Assembly (NCBI GenBank): GCA_902537235.1
Contig: CACBAO010000005.1
Coordinates: 19,951-83,950, forward strand
From: an uncultured Alphaproteobacteria bacterium
GTDB taxonomy: Bacteria > Pseudomonadota > Alphaproteobacteria > Rhodobacterales > Rhodobacteraceae
Length of the DNA: 64,000 nucleotides
Direction: 5' to 3'
This document shows positions 44,501 through 52,688 of the stretch, one piece after another; position 1 is the stretch's first letter, and each line of letters opens with the position of its first letter. The notes beneath the pieces are model-generated. The model ran no database searches and was not told the DNA's origin. It saw only the letters and a program-made list of their open reading frames with translations. A program made the position numbers and the translations under genes.

Positions 44501-46170
44501 TGAAACATCAAATTATGGTACTCACCTTTTGGTAAATAATGTTGCCTTGGAAACAGGAGAATATGTTGGTGTTTATTCGGACATCACAGAGATAAAAAAT
44601 AAACAGGGTGAGCTAGACAGATTAATGCTTGGCATGAACCAGGTGAAAGGTTTTGGCCTAGCGGCATGGTCAAAAGATAACAAGCTCATATATGCTAATG
44701 ATTTTATGAAAGAGTTTTCGAGGAAAGTTGGCTTCGATCTGGTTGCAGGTGTTAAGAGGTTAGACTTTATAAAAAGCCAATTTGCAAAAAGAAGTTTGTC
44801 CGTTGAGCATAAAACGCCAGAGGCCTATTTAAATTGGTTCAATAATGAAATGGATAAAAGTGAAGATGGGTTTACTTTTGAGTTTGAGGCATTTGATGGA
44901 GAAAATAGGTTTCATAACCAACAAAGTGCTCGGCGAGTAGAGAATGGAGACTATTTCCAGATGATTACCGATATCACACAAGTGAAACAGCAGCAAAAAG
45001 AACTTGAAAGGTTGTATGATGGGATCGATAAAATGGGTGACCCAGTTATAATATGGGATTCCGAAAATGTTCTGGTATTTTGTAACGAAGCAGCAAAGCT
45101 GAGGAATAAAAATGAGTGGGATTATGATATAAAGCCTGGGGTTAGACGAGCGGATATGTTAAACCATTTTCTTAAAAAAGGATTAACCATTCCCAATGGG
45201 CTAAGCGTAGAGGAACATATGGGAATACAAAAGGGCAGAATGCTAGAGCGAGAAGAGGGTATTACTGTCGAAACCAGAATGGGTGAAACTACATTTATTT
45301 CAACTTCAAAGATGCTTGGTGATGGTGGTTTTATTCAAAATTTCACGGATATAACTCAGCAAAAAAATCATGAGGAGCAAATAGCGCTCCAAAAGGAAAG
45401 ATATTCTCGTGTTTTAGGAGACCTAAATTCAATTGTTTTTGACTCAAATTTAGAAACTAGAGAAGTAACCTATGAAGTACCTGAAAACCTTAACAGTGAG
45501 TGGGGTGATTTAGCTCAAGCTACTACCACAATTGAGGCAACCGAAGATTTCTATTCTTTTGTAAGAGAAGACTATAGAGATGCTTACAAGAAGGCATTTA
45601 AAGAACATGTTAAGGGCGAGACTGATGCTGTAAGGATAGAACATCTGAATAAGACACAAGATGGGAGCGAAATTTGGTATGAAACTAGAGCCAAAGCTGT
45701 CTTCGAGGAGGGAAGAGCAGTAAGGATAATTGGCTTGGTCGAGAATATTGATGCAAGAAAGGCTCTGGAACTTAAAGTAAAAAAAGCGCAACAGCAAGTT
45801 TATGATGCTATAAATAATATTGAAGGCGGAGTTATCCTTTGGAGTGAGGATGATAAGGTAATTTTAATAAATAGTTATATGAAAAAATTGACTGGAGAAG
45901 ATCTTGAAGAAGGGATTCACTATAGAGATCTAATTGCAATTTTTATTAAAAAGGGCCTGTTACAGCTAGATGATCAGGATCCAGAAGTATGGATTGAAGA
46001 ACGCCTGAATGCAAGACGGAAAGTAACTGGATTTGAGGAACAGACAATGCCTCCAATGAAAAATGGACGCTCGTTTAAGATGTCGGGTCGCAGACTTCCT
46101 GATAAAACTTTTATTCAGATCTTTACTGACGTGACTGATCTTAAAACAAGAGAGATTGAATTAGAGAGGA
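41538..46170 (+). repeat. protein-level tandem array of 12 PAS-like sensor modules (period ~126-136 aa)
   Basis: Module starts lie near 41538, 41946, 42324, 42702, 43087, 43470, 43860, 44247, 44625, 45015, 45393 and 45791. Eleven share ...G-I-D-x-M-P-x-G-[IV]-x-[FLI]-W-D-x5-L-[IV]-[YF]-A-N ... G-D-[WY]-I-Q-x3-[DN]-I-[TS]-[DE]-I-K. The module at 45393 is a different, classical PAS/PAC type. Confidence 0.8.
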
Positions 46171-47744
46171 TTGTCAACGAACTAAATGCAGCAAAAGAGC
46201 AAGCAGATGGTGCAAATAAAGCAAAAAGTCAATTTTTGGCAAATATGAGTCATGAACTTAGGACACCTCTAAATGCAGTGATCGGTTTAACAGAGATGCT
46301 AAAAGAAGATGCTGAAGACGACGGCAATGACGAGTACTTAGAGCCTTTAGAGCGTATTCATGGTGCTAGTAAACATTTACTTAATTTGATCAACGATGTT
46401 TTAGATTTATCTAAAATTGAGGCGGGAAAGGTTGAGCTTTATAATGAAAGCTTTTCGTTGCCTTCGTTACTTGAGGAGGTTGCAGATACTTCTAGAACTT
46501 TGGTGGAGCAAAAAAACAATAAATTATTGTTAAATGTCGACTCTGGCATCACTTTTATAAATGCAGATATTACGCGCACAAAACAAATCGTTCTAAATCT
46601 GATTTCTAATGCTGCTAAATTTTGCGAGAATGGAAATATATCTATTAATGTTAAATCTAAGAAAAGTCCTAAAACGAGACTCATTCAGATCGATGTCCAA
46701 GACTCCGGTATTGGTATGACACAAGACCAAATTGACAAATTGTTTCATGCTTTTACTCAAGCCGATGCTTCTACCACTAGAAAGTATGGAGGAACTGGTC
46801 TAGGTCTCACCATCGTACAGAATCTTGCAAGGTTGATGGGTGGAGATGTTTCGGTAAAAAGCGAATTAGGTAAGGGTACAACGTTTACCGTTACAATTCA
46901 GGATATTGAAGTCGAGAAAACCTCCGGTGTTGATGCCGAGGATCTAGAGAGCCTTAACCGGCAGACGGCTTTAATATCTAAGAAAAATGGAAAAAGCACA
47001 ATTTTGGTAATAGATGATGACCCAACAATCAGAGACCTGATGACAAGGCACCTGGAAAAGAATAATTTTAGTGTGCTTCAAGCTCTTGATGGAGCTCAGG
47101 GCATTAAAATGGCGAGGGAATACAGGCCCGATGCGATTACCTTGGATATTTTAATGCCCGAAATGGATGGATGGTCCGTCTTACGAACGTTGAAAGCTGA
47201 CAAGGAAGTTTCTCACATACCTGTTGTGATGGCTTCTATAATTGATGAAAAGAAGAAAGGATTTTCTCTAGGGGCAGCTGACTACCTATCCAAGCCTGTA
47301 GAAAGGGACAGATTAATAGGCTCTATAAGTAAATTGCTTGGCAGTAAATCAGGAAAAGTCATTTTGATTGTAGAAGACAATGACGATTTGAGGTTTACTG
47401 TAAAAGAAGCACTTACTAGTGCAGATAATATAGTGTTGGAAGCAGGTAACGGAAAAGAGGCTCTTGATGTATTGAACGACAAGACAAACAAAAGCCCAGA
47501 CCTAATTTTACTTGATTTAATGATGCCTAAAATGAATGGATTTGAGTTCTTGGAAGCCTATCGTACTCAATTTGAAAAACAGGTTCCAGTAATTGTAATT
47601 ACAGGAGCCGATTTGGATGAAAATGACAAAAAATTCTTGTCTTCAGAGACTAGCAGAGTTTTAGAAAAGTCTTCTATGAGTGACACTGGAATAGCTGATC
47701 ATTTAGTAAAAACAATTGAATCCGTTGCAGGAGTAGGCAAATGA
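41538..47744 (+). CDS. cytoplasmic hybrid sensor histidine kinase: 12 PAS-like modules, HisKA, HATPase_c and two receiver domains
   Basis: H-box SHELRTPLN (His codon 46251-46253), N/G boxes (NLISNAAKF, DSGIGM, GGTGLGL). REC1 has Asp at 47145-47147 and REC2 has Asp at 47514-47516. No hydrophobic TM segment was seen. Confidence 0.9.
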   Translation: MDNSDAILAMMDAFDNGGQGLAVWDPKDNLTSFNINYKKIFFSNMHFSPEVGLNFGKAYADAAKNPKFTLDPENTKQRIAQREQARLDKRPIESEYEVEPGKWLHVKETASNDGHMITVLTDVTARKTREIMQSKLADAIDAIPSHVMFWDEKEKLVKANKLAVKENLEYEVELREGMSYAEFLSSQFEKGVYSTPPDFSIKKLVKKRLDERKELTSKSRKVHYKNGRTLIRTENKLDQGGILTILNDVTELEQIEAKEKLLSSSLENMSYAVALWDKDNRLVRFNEALRRNNEKFGMKTEVGISFEDALERQVKGSFYNIAESDKKDWINKGLKYWKNLKGEHTVTYQHPNGQHSMVTDKRLDDGGTLQIISDVTYLKKQEKELIRLREGIDQMPDGIAFWDNKEQLIYANKSMQDWQNNVGFEMQPGAKKKDLVSNLISKKIIRTEKSATELEEYFKSVKVSAAQRSKSTDIQFFLGDQLQTTAVTEIDLKNGDSIQRFSDVSRDRKREAEIKRVYDALENFPTGAMLWDKEHKLIFANRAAREIQENNGLKMSVGISRIDMVKNSIKNNIFALPNDIKTVEKYVEYSVQMMRENEQGFVFSFSNEKNAFLGTNMLLETGDYIQIYNDITEIKQKEGELTRLRDGIDQMQSGVAFWNSDDELIYANKVVRDFQEAIDFKMEPGVKRIDMVRNSMTKGSTKYEFDNAEQQHNDYVRKMDEAGSTGISYEVEMEVDGERGFMLSTGFRLDTGDWIQTFNNITDIKNKDLELNRLRESVDQMPDGLMVWGKEGKLVYANKIVRDVQAAIGFDIKPGVNRLDMLKNNVEKGLSDYGMSVEEYQKQFLAKLNDAGDAGISSELKMQFEGEESSFISTAFKLKNGDWIQTLKNISDIKKREEELKRVTDAIEIIPNGIVIWDSEHSLTFFNKFAAKIMEEWGCPLKLGLMRKELVNKLISSGIINLPAGQNVDSYIENSLSAMKDSENGYNIETSNYGTHLLVNNVALETGEYVGVYSDITEIKNKQGELDRLMLGMNQVKGFGLAAWSKDNKLIYANDFMKEFSRKVGFDLVAGVKRLDFIKSQFAKRSLSVEHKTPEAYLNWFNNEMDKSEDGFTFEFEAFDGENRFHNQQSARRVENGDYFQMITDITQVKQQQKELERLYDGIDKMGDPVIIWDSENVLVFCNEAAKLRNKNEWDYDIKPGVRRADMLNHFLKKGLTIPNGLSVEEHMGIQKGRMLEREEGITVETRMGETTFISTSKMLGDGGFIQNFTDITQQKNHEEQIALQKERYSRVLGDLNSIVFDSNLETREVTYEVPENLNSEWGDLAQATTTIEATEDFYSFVREDYRDAYKKAFKEHVKGETDAVRIEHLNKTQDGSEIWYETRAKAVFEEGRAVRIIGLVENIDARKALELKVKKAQQQVYDAINNIEGGVILWSEDDKVILINSYMKKLTGEDLEEGIHYRDLIAIFIKKGLLQLDDQDPEVWIEERLNARRKVTGFEEQTMPPMKNGRSFKMSGRRLPDKTFIQIFTDVTDLKTREIELERIVNELNAAKEQADGANKAKSQFLANMSHELRTPLNAVIGLTEMLKEDAEDDGNDEYLEPLERIHGASKHLLNLINDVLDLSKIEAGKVELYNESFSLPSLLEEVADTSRTLVEQKNNKLLLNVDSGITFINADITRTKQIVLNLISNAAKFCENGNISINVKSKKSPKTRLIQIDVQDSGIGMTQDQIDKLFHAFTQADASTTRKYGGTGLGLTIVQNLARLMGGDVSVKSELGKGTTFTVTIQDIEVEKTSGVDAEDLESLNRQTALISKKNGKSTILVIDDDPTIRDLMTRHLEKNNFSVLQALDGAQGIKMAREYRPDAITLDILMPEMDGWSVLRTLKADKEVSHIPVVMASIIDEKKKGFSLGAADYLSKPVERDRLIGSISKLLGSKSGKVILIVEDNDDLRFTVKEALTSADNIVLEAGNGKEALDVLNDKTNKSPDLILLDLMMPKMNGFEFLEAYRTQFEKQVPVIVITGADLDENDKKFLSSETSRVLEKSSMSDTGIADHLVKTIESVAGVGK

Positions 47745-48112
47745 CAAAAATCCTATATGTAGAGGATAATCCTGATAATGTTTATATGCTTACTCGAAGG
47801 CTCAAGAAAAAAGGTTTTGAGCTAATAATCGCTGGAGACGGTCAGGAGGGAATCGATAAAGCTGTAGAAGAGAATCCAGACCTTATTTTAATGGACTTAA
47901 GTTTGCCAACTATGGATGGTTGGACTGCTACTGCCAAAATTAAGGAGATTGAAGAGGTGAAAGATATTCCGATTATAGCACTATCTGCTCATGCCATGCC
48001 TGAACACCGCGATAGAGCTCTTAAAGCTGGATGCAGTGACTATGATACAAAGCCAGTGGATATTAAAAGGCTTCTTAGCAAAATTGGCCAATATATAGAG
48101 TTACCGGGATAA
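47741..48112 (+). CDS. single-domain response regulator (CheY-like receiver)
   Basis: ILYVEDNPDN, DLILMDLSLPTMDGW, LSAHA and KP are present. The ATGA overlaps the kinase stop. Confidence 0.9.
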   Translation: MTKILYVEDNPDNVYMLTRRLKKKGFELIIAGDGQEGIDKAVEENPDLILMDLSLPTMDGWTATAKIKEIEEVKDIPIIALSAHAMPEHRDRALKAGCSDYDTKPVDIKRLLSKIGQYIELPG

Positions 48113-48113
48113 A

Positions 48114-49163
48114 ATGAATTCTTACAATCAAAAAATACTTATTGTTGATGATATCGAAGATAATAGATTTACACTCGAAAGGAGGTTATCTAGAAACGGC
48201 TACACCGCCATAAGCCAAGCTGACTGTGGGAAAAAGGCCCTTGAATTAGTGAAAGAAGAACGCTTTGACCTGATACTACTCGACTTGATGATGCCGGATA
48301 TTAGTGGTCTCGATGTGTTGAAAACACTAAAAGCTGATCCTAAGAATAGAAGTATACCTGTTGTAATGGTTACAGCGGCGGATGAGATAGAGACAACGGC
48401 AGATTGTATTAGTAATGGTGCTGAGGATTATATAACAAAACCAATTAATGCTACCTTGCTAAAAGCAAGAGTTTCTGCTTGTCTAGAAAAGAAAAGGTTC
48501 AGAGATAGTGAGGAGCACTATTTAAGCAAAGTTGAAGCTGATAAAAAAAGGTCACAATCATTCTTAAAGCAGATATTGCCAGAAAAAATAGCTGAGGAAC
48601 TTAACTCATCCGGACTAGTTAGACCAAGAAAATATGAAGATGTAGCAATACTTGTTTGTGATTTAGTTGGTTTCACGGCTTTCTGCGAGTCTAATCCTCC
48701 TGAAAATGTGGTAGAAAATCTTCAAGAGATTTTTGAAAAGTTTGAAAGTGAAATCGAAAGATTTGGACTAGAAAAAATTAAAACTGTAGGTGATGCCATA
48801 CTGGCGACTGGAGGGTTAACCAGAAGTTTAGAGAACCAAGTGCTTTCAGCATCGAAGTGTGCAATAAATTTGAAAAAGATAGCGATTGAGTCGGATCCTA
48901 ATTGGGCAATCCATATAGGTATTCATTCTGGACCATTAGTGGCGGGACTAATAGGAAAAAAGAGTTTTCAGTTTGATGTTCTAGGTGGTAACGTGAATAC
49001 AGCATTTAATATATGTGATAGAACGGAACCTAATGAGATTTTGATCTCTAGTGAGGCATGGATGTCGGTGAGAAGCGAAGTTGAGGTCCAATCAAAAGGG
49101 TTAATGAAACTTAAGAGTGATAACCAGATAGAGATTTTAGAACTTCTCAGTATAAATAATTAA
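48114..49163 (+). CDS. response regulator with a class III adenylate/guanylate cyclase output domain (atypical catalytic motif)
   Basis: REC shows ILIVDDIEDN and DLILLDLMMPDISG. The cyclase shows VAILVCDLVGFTAF and IKTVGDAILA. FDVLGGNVNTAFNI has Asn (49008-49010) where canonical enzymes have the transition-state Arg. Confidence 0.85.
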   Translation: MNSYNQKILIVDDIEDNRFTLERRLSRNGYTAISQADCGKKALELVKEERFDLILLDLMMPDISGLDVLKTLKADPKNRSIPVVMVTAADEIETTADCISNGAEDYITKPINATLLKARVSACLEKKRFRDSEEHYLSKVEADKKRSQSFLKQILPEKIAEELNSSGLVRPRKYEDVAILVCDLVGFTAFCESNPPENVVENLQEIFEKFESEIERFGLEKIKTVGDAILATGGLTRSLENQVLSASKCAINLKKIAIESDPNWAIHIGIHSGPLVAGLIGKKSFQFDVLGGNVNTAFNICDRTEPNEILISSEAWMSVRSEVEVQSKGLMKLKSDNQIEILELLSINN

Positions 49164-49168
49164 AGGAG

Positions 49169-49483
49169 ATGAAAATGGCGGTATCAATGCAAGTGGCTTA
49201 TCCGGTCAATGATGATACAAACTTCGACCTTGACTACTATATAAAAGAGCATTTGGCTATTATTAAGGAAAACTGGTCAGAGCATATTCAGCAAATGATT
49301 GTTACAAAAGGAACATCAGGAGGTAAGGATGTTCCTTCCCCTTATTATGCAATTGCCACTGTAATTTTTGAAAACGCTGAAGAAATGAGAGCTGCAATGA
49401 AAAAGGGTGGCCCAGTATTCAAAGATATAGGCAACTACTATAATACCAATCCAATCATGATGTTGGGTGAAGTTGTTGGATAA
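49169..49483 (+). CDS. EthD-family (dimeric alpha/beta-barrel) protein
   Basis: About 100 aa. VAYPVNDDTNFDLDYYIKEHLAIIKE...PYYAIATVIFENAEEMRAAM...DIGNYYNTNPIMMLGEVV matches the EthD (TIGR02118-like) pattern. Confidence 0.8.
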   Translation: MKMAVSMQVAYPVNDDTNFDLDYYIKEHLAIIKENWSEHIQQMIVTKGTSGGKDVPSPYYAIATVIFENAEEMRAAMKKGGPVFKDIGNYYNTNPIMMLGEVVG

Positions 49484-49521
49484 TATCCATTTATTTTCTT
49501 AATTGAGCTCTCTATTTAATC

Positions 49522-49752
49522 TTAAATGTTAATCTTGTAGATACTCCTTAGAGCCCTCGCTTTTATCTCGGCTTTGCTAAAACCTATATCGGCTAAGTCT
49601 CTGTTAGACATCTTTTCAAGTTCTCTAATGGTCTTTAGATACTCTCTTCTTTTTTTTACTCTGTCCAATGTTGCGAAGTAACTTCCAATGAATATTTGGC
49701 TTACTTTTTCCATAAATGTAAGATTGGTTGTTGTTATTTTTGTTACTGCCAT
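49522..49752 (-). CDS. DUF1127 small protein
   Basis: 76 aa. The C-terminal EKMSNRDLADIGFSKAEI matches the DUF1127 core (L-x-D-x-x-L-x-D-I-G-x-x-R/K). AAGGAGG lies 5 nt upstream of the ATG. Confidence 0.7.
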   Translation of the reverse strand: MAVTKITTTNLTFMEKVSQIFIGSYFATLDRVKKRREYLKTIRELEKMSNRDLADIGFSKAEIKARALRSIYKINI

Positions 49753-49767
49753 CTTGGCCTCCTTAAT

Positions 49768-49829
49768 TAGTTTAACGATGAACTATATGTTAAAGTTATG
49801 ACTCATATATTTAGTTTAAGGCTAAACTA
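49768..49829. promoter_or_regulatory. two copies of the palindrome TAGTT-N8-AACTA upstream of the DUF1127 gene
   Basis: Read directly: TAGTTtaacgatgAACTA (49768-49785) and TAGTTTAaggcTAAACTA (49812-49829, 7-bp arms). Their centres are 44 bp apart, within the 178-bp divergent intergenic region. Confidence 0.3.
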
Positions 49830-49930
49830 CTATTGATATTTCTAGAAGGCACCTATCGAATAAATGCATAGCCTAAAGTTAAATAGTGATTTGTTTTATC
49901 AAAATGTTAATATTTTCGAAAAAATGAAGT

Positions 49931-50740
49931 ATGCGAGGTCAAATGACTAAAATTGAAGAACTAAAAGAAAAAGCTAAAATGGGATGGGCATCATTCATTT
50001 CTTTTGAAGCGTTAACAAGTACAGCAGCACCAAAGCTTGTACAATTTAGTGGTGCAAGACAAGGAATGAAGTTATTGGATGTAGCTTGCGGCACAGGAGT
50101 GGTAGCTTTGACTGCATCAAGACAGGGAGTAGAAGTTGAGGGTATTGATCTGACACCAGAGTTAATTAGTAGGGCAATTGAAAATTCAAAGATAATGGGA
50201 CTTAAAGTAAAATTTGTTGAAGGTGATGCAGAGTTTCTACCCTATAAAGAAAATGAGTTTGATTTTATACTTAGCCAATATGGCCATATGTTTGCTCCAA
50301 GACCGTCAGTTGTTGTCAAAGAATTGGCAAGAGTCTTGAAACCAGGAGGTGTTTTGGCGTTCTCTACATGGCCAAAGGAGTTGTTTATGGGGAAATTTTT
50401 TAAGCTCATTGAAAGTTTTTCACAACCTCTTCCCACTGAAGTTCCCTCTCCGGTTCTATGGGGAGATATGGCAGTAATAGAGGACAGGTTAAAAGATCAT
50501 TTTGATCAGATTGAATTTGGTAGAGATACTATGTTTGCGCCAACTATGAGCCCGGGACATATGCTCAAATTATTTGAAAAAAATGCCGGTCCATTAGCAA
50601 ATTTGGTAAAAGCCCTATCCGATGATCCAAATAAATTAAGTAATCTCCGTAATAGAGCGTTAGAATTAATTGAAAACTTCTTTTCAAACAATTTTCTCAG
50701 GCAAGATTTTTTAATGACAAGATGTATAAAAAAGGTCTAA
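49931..50740 (+). CDS. class I SAM-dependent methyltransferase
   Basis: Motif I LLDVACGTGVVAL, EGIDLTPELI and LKPGGVLAFSTW are present. The start is ATG 49931 or ATG 49943. Confidence 0.8.
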   Translation: MRGQMTKIEELKEKAKMGWASFISFEALTSTAAPKLVQFSGARQGMKLLDVACGTGVVALTASRQGVEVEGIDLTPELISRAIENSKIMGLKVKFVEGDAEFLPYKENEFDFILSQYGHMFAPRPSVVVKELARVLKPGGVLAFSTWPKELFMGKFFKLIESFSQPLPTEVPSPVLWGDMAVIEDRLKDHFDQIEFGRDTMFAPTMSPGHMLKLFEKNAGPLANLVKALSDDPNKLSNLRNRALELIENFFSNNFLRQDFLMTRCIKKV

Positions 50741-50754
50741 CTTTTTTAAAAAAA

Positions 50755-51687
50755 TTATCTTTTCCTCATTCTTGGGTCGAGGGCATCTCTAAGTCCGTCA
50801 CCAAGATAATTGATACTTAAAACCGTCAGCGAAATTGCAAGGCCTGGCCAAAAAACCCTTTCTGGGTACTGCTGTATATAGTCAACAGCATCATTTAAAA
50901 GCCGGCCCCATGTCGGAAAATCGGGAGGAAAACCTAAGCCTAAAAAGGATAATGCACTTTCCGTGATAATACCATTGGCAATTCCGAGGGTCGCAGATAC
51001 CATTATAGGGGACAAGACATTTGGCATTATATGCCTTAAAATAATCAGAGTATCTGAAGTGCCACTTGCTTTGGCTGCTAACACAAACTCTCTTTCTTTA
51101 AGTGCCAGAACGTCAGCCCGTACTATTCTGGCTGTAGGCATCCAACTCGTGATACCAATGGAAACCACAATTAAAACAAACATTCCTCTCTCGGGACCAT
51201 ACGCCTCGCTGAGCGGCTCTCTAAATAAGAGCATCATCACTAAAAGGAGTGGAAGTAGGGGTAAAGAAAGAAATAAATCAGTAATCCGCATAAGAATGCC
51301 ATCCAATTTTTTATAAAAACCGGCAGTCACTCCTATGAAACTTCCAAAAAACAAAGACAGGGCCATTGCTGCTAATCCTACTGCAATTGATGTACGCCCC
51401 CCTGCCATCATTCTTGCCAATGTATCCCTACCTAACTGATCGGTTCCAAATGGATGCAATAAGCTGGGACCTTGGTTGCGAGATCTAATATCAATTTGAT
51501 TTGCGTCAAAGGGCCAAAGAAATGGTCCAATCATTACTAGCATAACAATTGAGAAGAATATTATCGCTCCCAGAAGAGCGCCTTTGTGGCTCTTGAACTG
51601 ATCCCAAACATCTCTAACTTTACTGCGTGGCTTTCCAGTGATATTATTGTTATCAGTCATAGCGTATCCTTGGATCAAGTATTCCAT
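50755..51687 (-). CDS. ABC transporter permease (DppC/OppC type)
   Basis: PFGTDQLGRDTLARMM, VLAAKASGTSDTLIILRHIMPN and GDGLRDALDPRMR are present. Confidence 0.9.
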   Translation of the reverse strand: MEYLIQGYAMTDNNNITGKPRSKVRDVWDQFKSHKGALLGAIIFFSIVMLVMIGPFLWPFDANQIDIRSRNQGPSLLHPFGTDQLGRDTLARMMAGGRTSIAVGLAAMALSLFFGSFIGVTAGFYKKLDGILMRITDLFLSLPLLPLLLVMMLLFREPLSEAYGPERGMFVLIVVSIGITSWMPTARIVRADVLALKEREFVLAAKASGTSDTLIILRHIMPNVLSPIMVSATLGIANGIITESALSFLGLGFPPDFPTWGRLLNDAVDYIQQYPERVFWPGLAISLTVLSINYLGDGLRDALDPRMRKR

Positions 51688-52660
51688 AAATGATGTCAGC
51701 TAATAAGTTGAAAAGCACTATTAATACGGCAAACATAAATGTAATCGTTTGTACGGTTGGTAGGTCGTTGGCATAAATTGCGCCAATTAATTGTTGGCCT
51801 ATACCATTTACCTTAAACACTTGTTCTGTAATAATTGCTCCCCCAAAGATTGCGGGCACGTTTAAAGCGATCACCGTTATTACTGGAATCATGGAATTCC
51901 TCAATACATGGACCATCACGACAGTCCACTCACTTAGCCCCTTTGCCCTTGCGGTTCTGACATAATCTTGATTTAAATTATCAAGCATAGTTGCTCGCAT
52001 AAATCTATTTATCATGGCTGTTGTTTGGAGTGCTAAAACCATAACTGGCATGACCATTTGTTTTAATTGAATCTTGAATGTTTCCCAATCGACTACAGAG
52101 TGTGTTGTATCATAAATTGATGGCAACCACCCCAATTGGACAGAAAAAATCACTATAACAAATACTCCAGTGAAAAACGGTGGTACTGAATAACCAATCA
52201 TTGTAACGAAAGTACCGACCTGATCAAAAACCGAGTATTGTTTGTAAGCTGAATATATTCCTATGGGAATAGCGATTAAAATACCAACAACGTAAGACAT
52301 TCCAACAACCCATAGTGTTTGGGGCATTCGTTGAACAATTATATCCATTACAGGACTACGAGTTTGCCAGCTAATTACTCTTTGTTTGCCTTCAGAAAAG
52401 CTCGTATCGAAAAGGTAATCTATAAATACTTGGGGTTCTATCCAAAAAAATTGGATCAGCCATTTTAAAAATTGAATGTAGAGGGGCTGTCCAAGCCCTA
52501 ATGCCTCCCTCATTTTTTGCTTTACTTCTGGAGGAACAGTTAGTGGTACTTGAGCCATAGGATCGTTAGGCGCTAAGTTAAGCAACAAAAAGATGACCAA
52601 ACTAATAACAATCAGTGTTGGGATCGAAATTAATAAACGTCTAGAAATGAAGCTAAGCAT
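51653..52660 (-). CDS. ABC transporter permease (DppB/OppB type)
   Basis: YVRTARAKGLSEWTVVMVHVLRNSMIP and the C-terminus ADIIYGILDPRIRY are present. It overlaps the downstream permease gene by 35 nt. Confidence 0.9.
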   Translation of the reverse strand: MLSFISRRLLISIPTLIVISLVIFLLLNLAPNDPMAQVPLTVPPEVKQKMREALGLGQPLYIQFLKWLIQFFWIEPQVFIDYLFDTSFSEGKQRVISWQTRSPVMDIIVQRMPQTLWVVGMSYVVGILIAIPIGIYSAYKQYSVFDQVGTFVTMIGYSVPPFFTGVFVIVIFSVQLGWLPSIYDTTHSVVDWETFKIQLKQMVMPVMVLALQTTAMINRFMRATMLDNLNQDYVRTARAKGLSEWTVVMVHVLRNSMIPVITVIALNVPAIFGGAIITEQVFKVNGIGQQLIGAIYANDLPTVQTITFMFAVLIVLFNLLADIIYGILDPRIRYD

Positions 52661-52688
52661 TCTAATTTTATGCTGAAGTTTAACGAAT

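Noticed and set aside
41538-46170. DNA-level tandem repeat or assembly stutter as the explanation for the repeated kinase modules
   Set aside because: Modules share only protein-level motifs and have different codons and lengths (378-408 nt). No long identical nucleotide runs were seen, so the repeat is ancient and real rather than an artefact.
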